DNA from: Candidatus Omnitrophica bacterium CG11_big_fil_rev_8_21_14_0_20_63_9
GTDB lineage: Bacteria > Omnitrophota > Gorgyraeia > Aquiviventales > Aquiviventaceae
Direction: 5' to 3'
NCBI GenBank assembly: GCA_002796105.1
Contig: PCVX01000052.1
Span: forward strand, 1-38,563
Length of the DNA: 38,563 bases
In this document: in pieces, positions 22,180 through 29,603 of the stretch
Position numbering within the stretch: position 1 is the stretch's first letter
Layout of the letters: every line of letters starts with the position of its first letter
Notes under the pieces: model-generated
What the model was told of the DNA's origin: nothing
The model's database searches: none
Seen by the model: only the letters and a program-made list of their open reading frames with translations
Translations under genes and position numbers: made by a program

Positions 22180-23409
22180 ATGCGGCGCCGGAGCCTGCTG
22201 GATCAGCACCGGCTGACGGAGCGCGAGGAGAAGAATTTTCAAATCCTCGAGTTGCTTCGCCAGCGCGGTCCGCTCACCCGCACCGAGCTCTCCCAGGGCA
22301 CCGGGTTCAACATCGTCACGGTGTCGAATTACGTCAACCAGTTCATCAAGCAGGCACTCGTTCTGGAGCGTGGATTCGACATCTCCACGGGCGGCCGCAA
22401 GCCGATCCTCGTCGAGCTCAACGCCAAGGCCGGGTTTGCGGTCGGCATCGATCTCGGCCCGGTCGGCGCCTCCTCCCCGCACACCACGATGGTCATCACG
22501 GATCTGCGCGGCCAGATCGTCCACCGGGCAGTGCAGCCCCGCACCACCGACAGCCTCGACCGCACCCTCCACGATCTCGGCGGCGTGATCCGCGAATTCC
22601 TCAAGAGCAGCCCGGTCGATCCCAAAAAGATCCAGGGCATCGCCATCGGCCTGCCGGGCATCCTCGATGAACGGGCCGGCACCGTTCGGGAAACGTCGCG
22701 GCATGGCATCCGCACGAACTACGTGGCGATCCGGGACCAGCTGGAAGCCGAACTGCGCTTGCCGGTGCTGATGGGTAGCGACTCCACGCTGGCCGGATAC
22801 GGCGAGCTGCGGCTGGGGCTTGATCGGCTGGTGCAGAACATGATCTACCTCTACTCGGACGTCGGGGCGAGCCTCATCTTCAATGGGCACATTTTCTGGG
22901 GCTCGGGCGGCAGCGCCGGCGAGCTGGGCGTGTTCGTGCCTACCGATGACGATTATCTGAATTGGATCAAGAGCCCGTCGTTCGTGCTCTCGAATGTCTG
23001 GGACCTGGGCCTGTCGGCTCAAGCCAAGAAACTCATCGAAGAAGGCCATGCCTCGGCGGTCGGGGAGCTGGTGAGCGGCGACCTCTCCGCGATCACGCTG
23101 GAAACCATCCTCCAAGCGGCCCAGCAAGGCGACCAAATCGCCTCGGAGCTGGTGGAGCACGCGGCCATGCAGCTAGGGATCCGCATCGCGTACCTGGTGA
23201 ATCTCTTGAACCCCGAGGTCGTCGTGATCGGGGGAGGCATCGAGCGGGCCGGATCGCTTCTGCTCGAGCCGGTCTGGCGCTCCGTGAAGAAATACGCGTA
23301 TGAGGAACCCGCAAGCCTTGTGGATGTGTTGCCCGCGCAGCTGGGCGATAATGCCGTGGCGCTTGGGGCCGCGTGCTGGGTAGTCCGCGAAATGTTTATT
23401 CAGGCCTAG
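22180..23409 (+). CDS. ROK-family transcriptional regulator (NagC/XylR-like)
   Basis: An SD (AGGAG) lies 5 nt before ATG 22180. The N-terminal winged HTH is ILELLRQRGPLTRTELSQGTGFNIVTVSNYVNQ. The ROK sugar-kinase-like body contains FAVGIDLGP and GSAGELG. The canonical Cys-rich zinc motif was not seen. Confidence 0.8.
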   Translation: MRRRSLLDQHRLTEREEKNFQILELLRQRGPLTRTELSQGTGFNIVTVSNYVNQFIKQALVLERGFDISTGGRKPILVELNAKAGFAVGIDLGPVGASSPHTTMVITDLRGQIVHRAVQPRTTDSLDRTLHDLGGVIREFLKSSPVDPKKIQGIAIGLPGILDERAGTVRETSRHGIRTNYVAIRDQLEAELRLPVLMGSDSTLAGYGELRLGLDRLVQNMIYLYSDVGASLIFNGHIFWGSGGSAGELGVFVPTDDDYLNWIKSPSFVLSNVWDLGLSAQAKKLIEEGHASAVGELVSGDLSAITLETILQAAQQGDQIASELVEHAAMQLGIRIAYLVNLLNPEVVVIGGGIERAGSLLLEPVWRSVKKYAYEEPASLVDVLPAQLGDNAVALGAACWVVREMFIQA

Positions 23410-23426
23410 GTCTAAGGGGGCGAGGC

Positions 23427-24353
23427 ATGGCGCTACCGAAATTCAGTATGGCCGGAGGGGCGCAGAAGTTGCTCGTCCCGCTTGGGGTCCTCGTGGTGGT
23501 GGGGGGCGGCGGTGCGGCGACCATGTATATCACCAAGCAGACCTCGGAGCTGCGCCGCGTGCAGGGAGAGCTGGGCCGCACCCAGCGCCAGCTGGCCGAG
23601 GCCGAGGCGCAGAAGCAGGAGATGGGCCAGCAGCTCTCGTCGCTGCAAACGGAGCGCAAGACGCTCGAACAACGGTTGGGTGACATCCGCACGAAATTGA
23701 GCGATGCCGAGGGACAGCTGCAGCTGCTGCAAGCCAACTTGAGCGAGTCGCAATCGCGGGCCGGTCAGCTCTCGTCCGAGCGCGACGCGCTGCAAACCCA
23801 ATTGGCGGCGGTGACGCGCGAGCGCGACAGCGTGCAGCAGCAAGCCGCCCGGCTGCAGGAGGACAAGTCCGACTTGGAACGCTCCGTCCTTCGGTTGCGG
23901 GGGCGTCTGGAGCTGCTGGATCGGGATTATCGCCAGCTGGCCCAGCAGCTCTCCGAGTTCCAATCGCGGCCGCCGGAGCGCACGCTGGCCATCGTGAATA
24001 TCGATGGGAAACATACGACTGACACCACTGCGAAGATTCCCTCAGTCTCGGCGATCCCTGGCACCGTGGAGCTGCCGCCGATCATCGTTCGAAAAGAGCA
24101 GGCCGGCATGGCGGTGCCGGTCCGCGGCAAGGTCGTTGAGATCAACGACCCGCACAATTTCGTGATCTTGGATAAGGGCAGCGTGGCCGGCGTGCGCGTC
24201 GGCATGACCTTCGACCTCATGCGCGGGGCCGGCTCGGTTGGGCGCGTGACGGTGGTCCGGGTTCGTCCCCAGCTCTCGGCATGCGACATCGTGCGCGCCA
24301 GCACTCCGGGCCCTGTGCAGGCCGGCGATCTCGCCGTGCAAAGCAGCCCCTAA
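23427..24353 (+). CDS. Membrane-anchored coiled-coil protein with a C-terminal small beta-barrel-like domain
   Basis: An SD (AAGGGGG) precedes ATG 23427. It has one TM segment (LLVPLGVLVVVGGGGAATMYI) and ~170 aa of Q/E/R/L heptad-rich sequence. The C-terminus reads VVEINDPHNFVILDKGSVAGVRVGMTFDLMRG..VGRVTVVRV. Confidence 0.6.
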   Translation: MALPKFSMAGGAQKLLVPLGVLVVVGGGGAATMYITKQTSELRRVQGELGRTQRQLAEAEAQKQEMGQQLSSLQTERKTLEQRLGDIRTKLSDAEGQLQLLQANLSESQSRAGQLSSERDALQTQLAAVTRERDSVQQQAARLQEDKSDLERSVLRLRGRLELLDRDYRQLAQQLSEFQSRPPERTLAIVNIDGKHTTDTTAKIPSVSAIPGTVELPPIIVRKEQAGMAVPVRGKVVEINDPHNFVILDKGSVAGVRVGMTFDLMRGAGSVGRVTVVRVRPQLSACDIVRASTPGPVQAGDLAVQSSP

Positions 24354-24382
24354 CACAACAGCTCACTATCCGCTAGGATGAC

Positions 24383-24472
24383 ACCACAGAGACACAGAAT
24401 CTCACAGAGACACAGAGGGCTTGTCGGTGAAATTTCTCTGTGTTTCTGTGGTACTTCTGTAGTTCTGTGGTG
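24383..24472 (+). repeat. CACAGAG/CTCTGTG hairpin element, copy 2 of 3
   Basis: The termini are CACCACAGA (24383-24391) and TCTGTGGTG (24464-24472). The arms are imperfectly complementary over ~37 nt. The element ends 3 nt before the gspF-like ATG. The right arm contains an in-frame TAG in the frame that would give FLCVSVVLL. Confidence 0.85.
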
Positions 24473-24475
24473 TAG

Positions 24476-25537
24476 ATGAGTTCTCGACGCCGTTTCCGCT
24501 TTGGACAGTCCGGACGAGCGCAGCTCGTCCTGAGCACCCGCCAGCTCGCCACGCTCGTCAAAGCCGGCATGCCGCTCCTGCGCGCCCTGCGCACCGTCCA
24601 TGAGCAGTTGGACCCCGGCCCCCTGCGCGAGGTCTTCGGCCAAGTGGCGAGAGACGTCGAAGCCGGGGTGAAACTCTCCGAAGCGCTTTCCCACCATCCG
24701 CGCTGGTTTCCGGTGTTCTATGTGAACATGGTGCGCGCCGGCGAGCTCGGTGGCCTCCTGGATGAAATCCTCAAGCGGTTGGCCGAGTTGCTCGAGAAAC
24801 AGGCCCGGCTGCGCGAGCGCGTCAAGAGCGCGCTCATGTATCCGGCGTTCGTCATGATCGCCGCCGTCGGCATCCTGATCGTCCTCATGGCGTTCGTCGT
24901 GCCGACGTTCATGGGCATGTTCAGCGAGCTGGAAGCCGCGCTCCCATGGCCGACGCAAATCCTCGTCGTGGCGTGCACCGTGGTGCGCCGCTGGTGGGTG
25001 ATCGTGTTGCTGGCGCTGGCCGCGCTGGTGGTCGGCGCGCGCACTCTGGCGCAGACCCGCGGTGGCCGGCGGCTGATCGATCGGGCGATGCTGCGCGCTC
25101 CAGTGATCGGCTCGCTCACCGAGCGGCTGTTGATCGCGCGTTTCGCCCGCACCTTCGGGACGCTCATCTCCAGCGGCGTGCCGATCCTGAGCGCCCTGGA
25201 AACGGTCCGCGCGACGGTCACCAACAGCGTCATCGATGATGCGCTGCGCGACGTCGAGCACAGCCTCAAGATCGGCGAGTCGCTGACGCGGCCCATGGAG
25301 CTGTGCGGCGTGTTCCCGCCGCTGGTGACGCGCATGGTCGCGCTCGGCGAGGAAACCGGCCAGCTTGACCGCATGATGGTCCAGGTGGCGGACAGCTATG
25401 AGGAAGAAGTGGACGTGCAGCTCGCCGGGCTCAGCCAATTGCTGGAGCCGCTGCTGATCGTGTTCGTCGGCGGCGTCGTCGGATTTATTGTTATCGCGAT
25501 GTTTCTACCACTCATCTCGCTCACAAAACTTCTTTGA
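24476..25537 (+). CDS. gspF: Type II secretion / type IV pilus platform protein (GspF/PilC family), N-terminally short
   Basis: It has two T2SS-F-type repeats (TRQLATLVKAGMPLLRAL... and FARTFGTLISSGVPILSAL...), three TM segments and the C-terminus EPLLIVFVGGVVGFIVIAMFLP. Only ~20 aa precede the first repeat. Confidence 0.85.
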   Translation: MSSRRRFRFGQSGRAQLVLSTRQLATLVKAGMPLLRALRTVHEQLDPGPLREVFGQVARDVEAGVKLSEALSHHPRWFPVFYVNMVRAGELGGLLDEILKRLAELLEKQARLRERVKSALMYPAFVMIAAVGILIVLMAFVVPTFMGMFSELEAALPWPTQILVVACTVVRRWWVIVLLALAALVVGARTLAQTRGGRRLIDRAMLRAPVIGSLTERLLIARFARTFGTLISSGVPILSALETVRATVTNSVIDDALRDVEHSLKIGESLTRPMELCGVFPPLVTRMVALGEETGQLDRMMVQVADSYEEEVDVQLAGLSQLLEPLLIVFVGGVVGFIVIAMFLPLISLTKLL

Positions 25538-25920
25538 TGCATTCCAACGGTGCTCGAGCGTTTTCGTTATTGGAAGTCGTCATCGCGATGGGCATCCTCG
25601 CGGTCGGCGTCGTCGGGGCGATGCGGGTGTTTCCGATGGGGTTGCGCGCCTCGCGCCGCGCCGAGCTGCGCAGCCGCGCGGCGATCGCCGCCCAGCGCAC
25701 GATCGAGTTGCTCAAAGCGCAGTCATGCGCGAGCCTGGCGGACGGCAGCGCGACCACCGACGAAGGGCTCACGGTGGCCACGCGGATCACGGGCGTGTCG
25801 GTGCCGTTTGTCAGCGATTCGGCCCGCCTGAAAACCGCCGAGCTCCATGTGTCCTGGACGCAGGAAGGTGCCACGCGCACCCTACGGTTCGTCACGTATG
25901 TCCGTTGTCCGGCGTCGTGA
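25537..25920 (+). CDS. Minor pseudopilin (GspI-like) with a prepilin-type N-terminus
   Basis: It overlaps the upstream gene by TGATG. The N-terminus RA/FSLLEVVIAMGILAVGVVGAM has the class III signal layout with Glu at +5. The -1 residue is Ala rather than Gly. It is ~127 aa. Confidence 0.7.
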   Translation: MHSNGARAFSLLEVVIAMGILAVGVVGAMRVFPMGLRASRRAELRSRAAIAAQRTIELLKAQSCASLADGSATTDEGLTVATRITGVSVPFVSDSARLKTAELHVSWTQEGATRTLRFVTYVRCPAS

Positions 25921-26518
25921 GCGAGGTCTCACCCTTGTGGAGATTCTCGTGGCGGCAGCCATCCTGGTCATCCTCAGCACCGCAGCCTCGCTGATGTTCC
26001 GCGGCATTTCGCAGTCCTGGCGCAAGGGCCAATTGAAGGCGGAGCGCTACCAGCAAGCCCGGCTGCTCTTCGATGTCTTTGAGCGGGAGCTCTCCTCGTG
26101 CGTCGCCAACGCGCGCTACCCCTTGCTCGGCGTGCAGGCCTCCGAGCCTTCGCTGCTGCACGAGGGCGCGGCGGTGTTCGATGAGATCATGTGCGTCGCC
26201 ACGCCTCCGGGACGCACCGGTTTGGTCGAGCGCGGCTACTGGGTGGACGGGCAGGGACGGTTGATGTGCCACGACCACCAGCCTACCGACGGCGATTACA
26301 CGACCGGTGAGAGCGAGTTGTGCGGCACGGAGGTGACGGGGTTTGACGTCACCTATGTGGATGTCGCCGTCGATCCTGCGCAAACCCTGGAGCGCTGGGA
26401 CGGCCGGCCGGGCGGCGCGCAGGAAGGGCGGCTGCCCAAAATCATCCGGATCACGCTGCGCGTCGGCCGCCAGCAGCCGGAGCAGTTTGACACCGTCGTG
26501 TACGTCCCCACCAGTTAG
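25898..26518 (+). CDS. Minor pseudopilin (GspJ/PulJ-like)
   Basis: The N-terminus MSVVRRRERG/LTLVEILVAAAILVILSTAA is a prepilin-type signal. It is ~206 aa and lies between the I-like and K-like genes, as in gsp operons. Confidence 0.7.
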   Translation: MSVVRRRERGLTLVEILVAAAILVILSTAASLMFRGISQSWRKGQLKAERYQQARLLFDVFERELSSCVANARYPLLGVQASEPSLLHEGAAVFDEIMCVATPPGRTGLVERGYWVDGQGRLMCHDHQPTDGDYTTGESELCGTEVTGFDVTYVDVAVDPAQTLERWDGRPGGAQEGRLPKIIRITLRVGRQQPEQFDTVVYVPTS

Positions 26519-26519
26519 C

Positions 26520-29500
26520 ATGCCAATCCGAAATCCGCAATCCGGTGTTGCTTTACTCATTGTCGTGAGCCTCTTGACGGTGATCGGGGTCATGGGCGTG
26601 TCCTTCGCCTTCTCGATGTTCCTGGAGACGCAGGCCAGCCGGCAGTTCGTGTCCACCGCCCAGGCGCGCTACATCGCCGAAGCGGGTGTCAATGCGGCCT
26701 GGGTGCTGCTCGATGAGGACGGTGCCGGGTCTCCGGTCGACGACTTGACCGAAGATTGGGCGCGCCTGCCGCAGGGGAGCGAGGCGGATGCCGATCGCGA
26801 CGGCACCAATGAGGCGGTCTGGTGGGAGGTGGCCGGCGCTGACGGCGACACGGTCGGACGCTTCGGGCTGGCGATCGTCGATGAGACGGGCAAGATCAAC
26901 TTGAATATCGCCCAAGCCCATCCCGCCGGTGAGCAACCGGGGATCGATCTGATCACGCTCTTCGAGCAGGCCGGGATTGGGGGCGCAACTGAGGCGGCTG
27001 AAGCCATCGAGCGGTACCGGTATGGGGGGCCGCAGGGCGCACCAGGCGAAGACGGCGTGGATGACGATCATGACGGCACGATCGATGAGCCGGATGAGTA
27101 CGATCCGATGGTGCTGCGAGGCAACGACCGCCGGTTGGAGGCGCTGGAGGACGCGGTCAGCATCGCGGGCCTGAGCACCGCCGAATTTGCCCGGCTGGGC
27201 CGTTTGGCGACGGTGTATAGCTGGGACCCGAATGTCAGCATGAGCGGCCGCGCGCGCGTCAATGTCAATACGGCGACCGGCAGCGAGCTGGTGGGCGTGC
27301 TCGTCGCCGCAGGCATGGAGGATCCGTGGCAGGCGGCGGTGAACTTGGCGGATTATGTCGATCCGGATCTGGAGCTGTCCCGCACGACGCACGCTGCGCA
27401 GCGCATCTGGCTGGCCGATCAGGGGCCGCTGGGCAGCTGGTCATGGAGCGTTGAGGGCTCTGATGGTTTCTATGGCAGCGAGCAGCGTGACGGCGCGCCG
27501 CTGACCTGGACCGCGGCTGTCCCCTCCGGAACATTTACCATCCGGGCGATCGGCCTTGAGGACCGGCCGGTTGGCGATGTGACTATTGCGGGCCAGTCCG
27601 TCGCGTCCGCCACCCATTTACAGCCGCTGGGAGAGTTCACCCTGGCCGGGACGGTCGAGGTTTCCGTGGTCAACCGTGAGCCGGAAGGCCAAGCATGCGC
27701 GTTCCGGGGGCTGGAGCTCATTTCGACCGATCCGGAAGGCAGCGGGCGCATGATCCGCGGCGTTGAGGTCGTGCGGATCAATGAGCTGATGGTGGAGCCG
27801 ACGATCACGCTGGAGATCGCATCGGCCCAGTTTGAGCCGCAAGGGTCCGATTGGTTCTGCGGGGTCGGGCAGAGCGTGTGCACCAACAGCGGCGCAGGGC
27901 AGGCCAGTTGGACGTGGACCAACCCGCTCGTGCCCCCCAGCCGGTACTACGTGCGCGTGTTCGGGTCGGCGGCCGGCCAGACAGTGGGGAACGTGCGCGT
28001 GGATGGGCAGACCGAGCAATTGGTCCACGGCGAGCGGCACTCGGCGACGCTGCTCGTCGGCGACGACGGCAAAATCACCCTGCTCGTTGGCAAGACCGAA
28101 CCTGAGCAGACATACTATATGCAGGGGGCCGTGCTTTCGCTGCAGCCGGATGCGGAGTATCTGGAGTTGATCAACTTGGGTGAGACGCCGATGGACGTGA
28201 GCGGCTGGACGGTCACCGGGACCTTGACCGGGGGCCGCGACGCTCAATTCCCCCAGGGGTCCGTCATGGCGGCGCACGGGGTCCTGGTGGGTGCGGTGGA
28301 TGTCAGCGACCAGCAGGAGGGCCTGTCGGCCAACGGCATCAGCGCGCGCGGGGCGTGGGACATTCCCGCCTCAGCACCCGTGGTCCAGCTGCTCTTTCCC
28401 AGCGGCGGTCCCTCGCCGGATGATGACTGGCTGAAGGTGGCGCTGCCCAGCGGCAGCGTGGGACGGCTGGTGCTGCGCACCGATGAGGGCAGCGTGGTGG
28501 ATGAGGTCCAGTACCCGTTGCCCTTGAGCGGCTCCTCGGGGTTTCAGAGCCTTGAGAAGGGCGATCCCACGGTGGTCAGCGATGCGAACGCCGATGGGAT
28601 CGATGACGGCTGGTACCCATCGGACATCTCCTTTGAGCGGCTGGGGTTTACGCCCGCGGCCACCAACAGCAACGAGGGCCTGCGGGAATCCCAAGGCGCG
28701 TACGATCCGCCGATCGTGCACGACCCCTCGACGGACATCACGATCCGCAACCGCGCCATCACCAGCGTGGGAGAGCTGGTGGGAGTGCCCAGCGGCGTTT
28801 CATGGAAGCCGTTCGCTAGCCAAGAGCTGGCCAAAATCGTCGATCAGCTGACGGTGGACGGCCACCGGCTGGAAGCGGCCGGTGCCGGGATGGGCGAGAG
28901 CGCCTGGGAGGAGCGTGTCGACGGCTACGAATACAGCAACAGCGACTCACAGCGCAATCCGTGGGCGCCGGATCAGATCGGCACGTGGCAGTGGACCGCG
29001 ATTCCTGCCGGGACGTATCGGCTCAACCTGTACAGCCGCGAAGGGCAGCTTGGGGAGCAAATCTCCGTGCGCTGCGAGGCGCTCCAATGGTCGCAGGAGG
29101 ATGGCTCGTCAACCGATTGGTCCCCGCCGCTTTCGACCGATGCCCAGGGGCGCGTGGTGGTGGGGCAGGTGACGGTCAGCCGCGACACGACGCCGCCGGA
29201 AAGCCTGACGCTCGATGTGGCATGCCTGTCGACCAGCGGCGTGTGCCACCTGACGCGGGCGCAGCTGGATCCGCGGTTGGTTCGCGTAGGGCCGGTGAAT
29301 ATCAATACCGCGCCGCTGGAAGTGTTGCGGGCATTGCCTGGCATGACCGAACCGCTGGCCTCGCGTCTGATGGCGGGCCGTCCGTACGGGGATCAGAGCC
29401 ACCAGCAGCGCGGCATCGGCGACCTCCTGGATGGAGCGGTGTTGGGTTCCACCGAGGAAGAGAAATTAGCGGTGTTCCGTCGGCTGGCCAGCTGGGTGAC

Positions 29501-29603
29501 CACGCGCTCCCAAGTGTTTCAGATCCGCAGCATCGGCCAGGCGCTAGAAGAGCTCAAGGCCCGCGCGACGCAGCGGATCCAGACGATTATTGAGCGACAA
29601 TGA
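26520..29603 (+). CDS. Giant GspK/PilX-like minor pseudopilin (1027 aa) with an inserted lamin-tail-domain-like module and acidic Ca-binding-like motifs
   Basis: The N-terminus is GVALLIVVSLLTVIGVMGVSFA...AQARYIAEAGVNAA, as in GspK. There are two NxNTA helix-hairpin-helix-type segments: RVNVNTATGSELVGVL and VNINTAPLEVLRALPGMTEPLASRLMAGRPY. The LTD-like motifs are VRINELMVEP and EYLELINLGETPMDVSGWTV. The acidic loops are DADRDGTNE and GVDDDHDGTIDEPDEYD. Confidence 0.75.
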   Translation: MPIRNPQSGVALLIVVSLLTVIGVMGVSFAFSMFLETQASRQFVSTAQARYIAEAGVNAAWVLLDEDGAGSPVDDLTEDWARLPQGSEADADRDGTNEAVWWEVAGADGDTVGRFGLAIVDETGKINLNIAQAHPAGEQPGIDLITLFEQAGIGGATEAAEAIERYRYGGPQGAPGEDGVDDDHDGTIDEPDEYDPMVLRGNDRRLEALEDAVSIAGLSTAEFARLGRLATVYSWDPNVSMSGRARVNVNTATGSELVGVLVAAGMEDPWQAAVNLADYVDPDLELSRTTHAAQRIWLADQGPLGSWSWSVEGSDGFYGSEQRDGAPLTWTAAVPSGTFTIRAIGLEDRPVGDVTIAGQSVASATHLQPLGEFTLAGTVEVSVVNREPEGQACAFRGLELISTDPEGSGRMIRGVEVVRINELMVEPTITLEIASAQFEPQGSDWFCGVGQSVCTNSGAGQASWTWTNPLVPPSRYYVRVFGSAAGQTVGNVRVDGQTEQLVHGERHSATLLVGDDGKITLLVGKTEPEQTYYMQGAVLSLQPDAEYLELINLGETPMDVSGWTVTGTLTGGRDAQFPQGSVMAAHGVLVGAVDVSDQQEGLSANGISARGAWDIPASAPVVQLLFPSGGPSPDDDWLKVALPSGSVGRLVLRTDEGSVVDEVQYPLPLSGSSGFQSLEKGDPTVVSDANADGIDDGWYPSDISFERLGFTPAATNSNEGLRESQGAYDPPIVHDPSTDITIRNRAITSVGELVGVPSGVSWKPFASQELAKIVDQLTVDGHRLEAAGAGMGESAWEERVDGYEYSNSDSQRNPWAPDQIGTWQWTAIPAGTYRLNLYSREGQLGEQISVRCEALQWSQEDGSSTDWSPPLSTDAQGRVVVGQVTVSRDTTPPESLTLDVACLSTSGVCHLTRAQLDPRLVRVGPVNINTAPLEVLRALPGMTEPLASRLMAGRPYGDQSHQQRGIGDLLDGAVLGSTEEEKLAVFRRLASWVTTRSQVFQIRSIGQALEELKARATQRIQTIIERQ

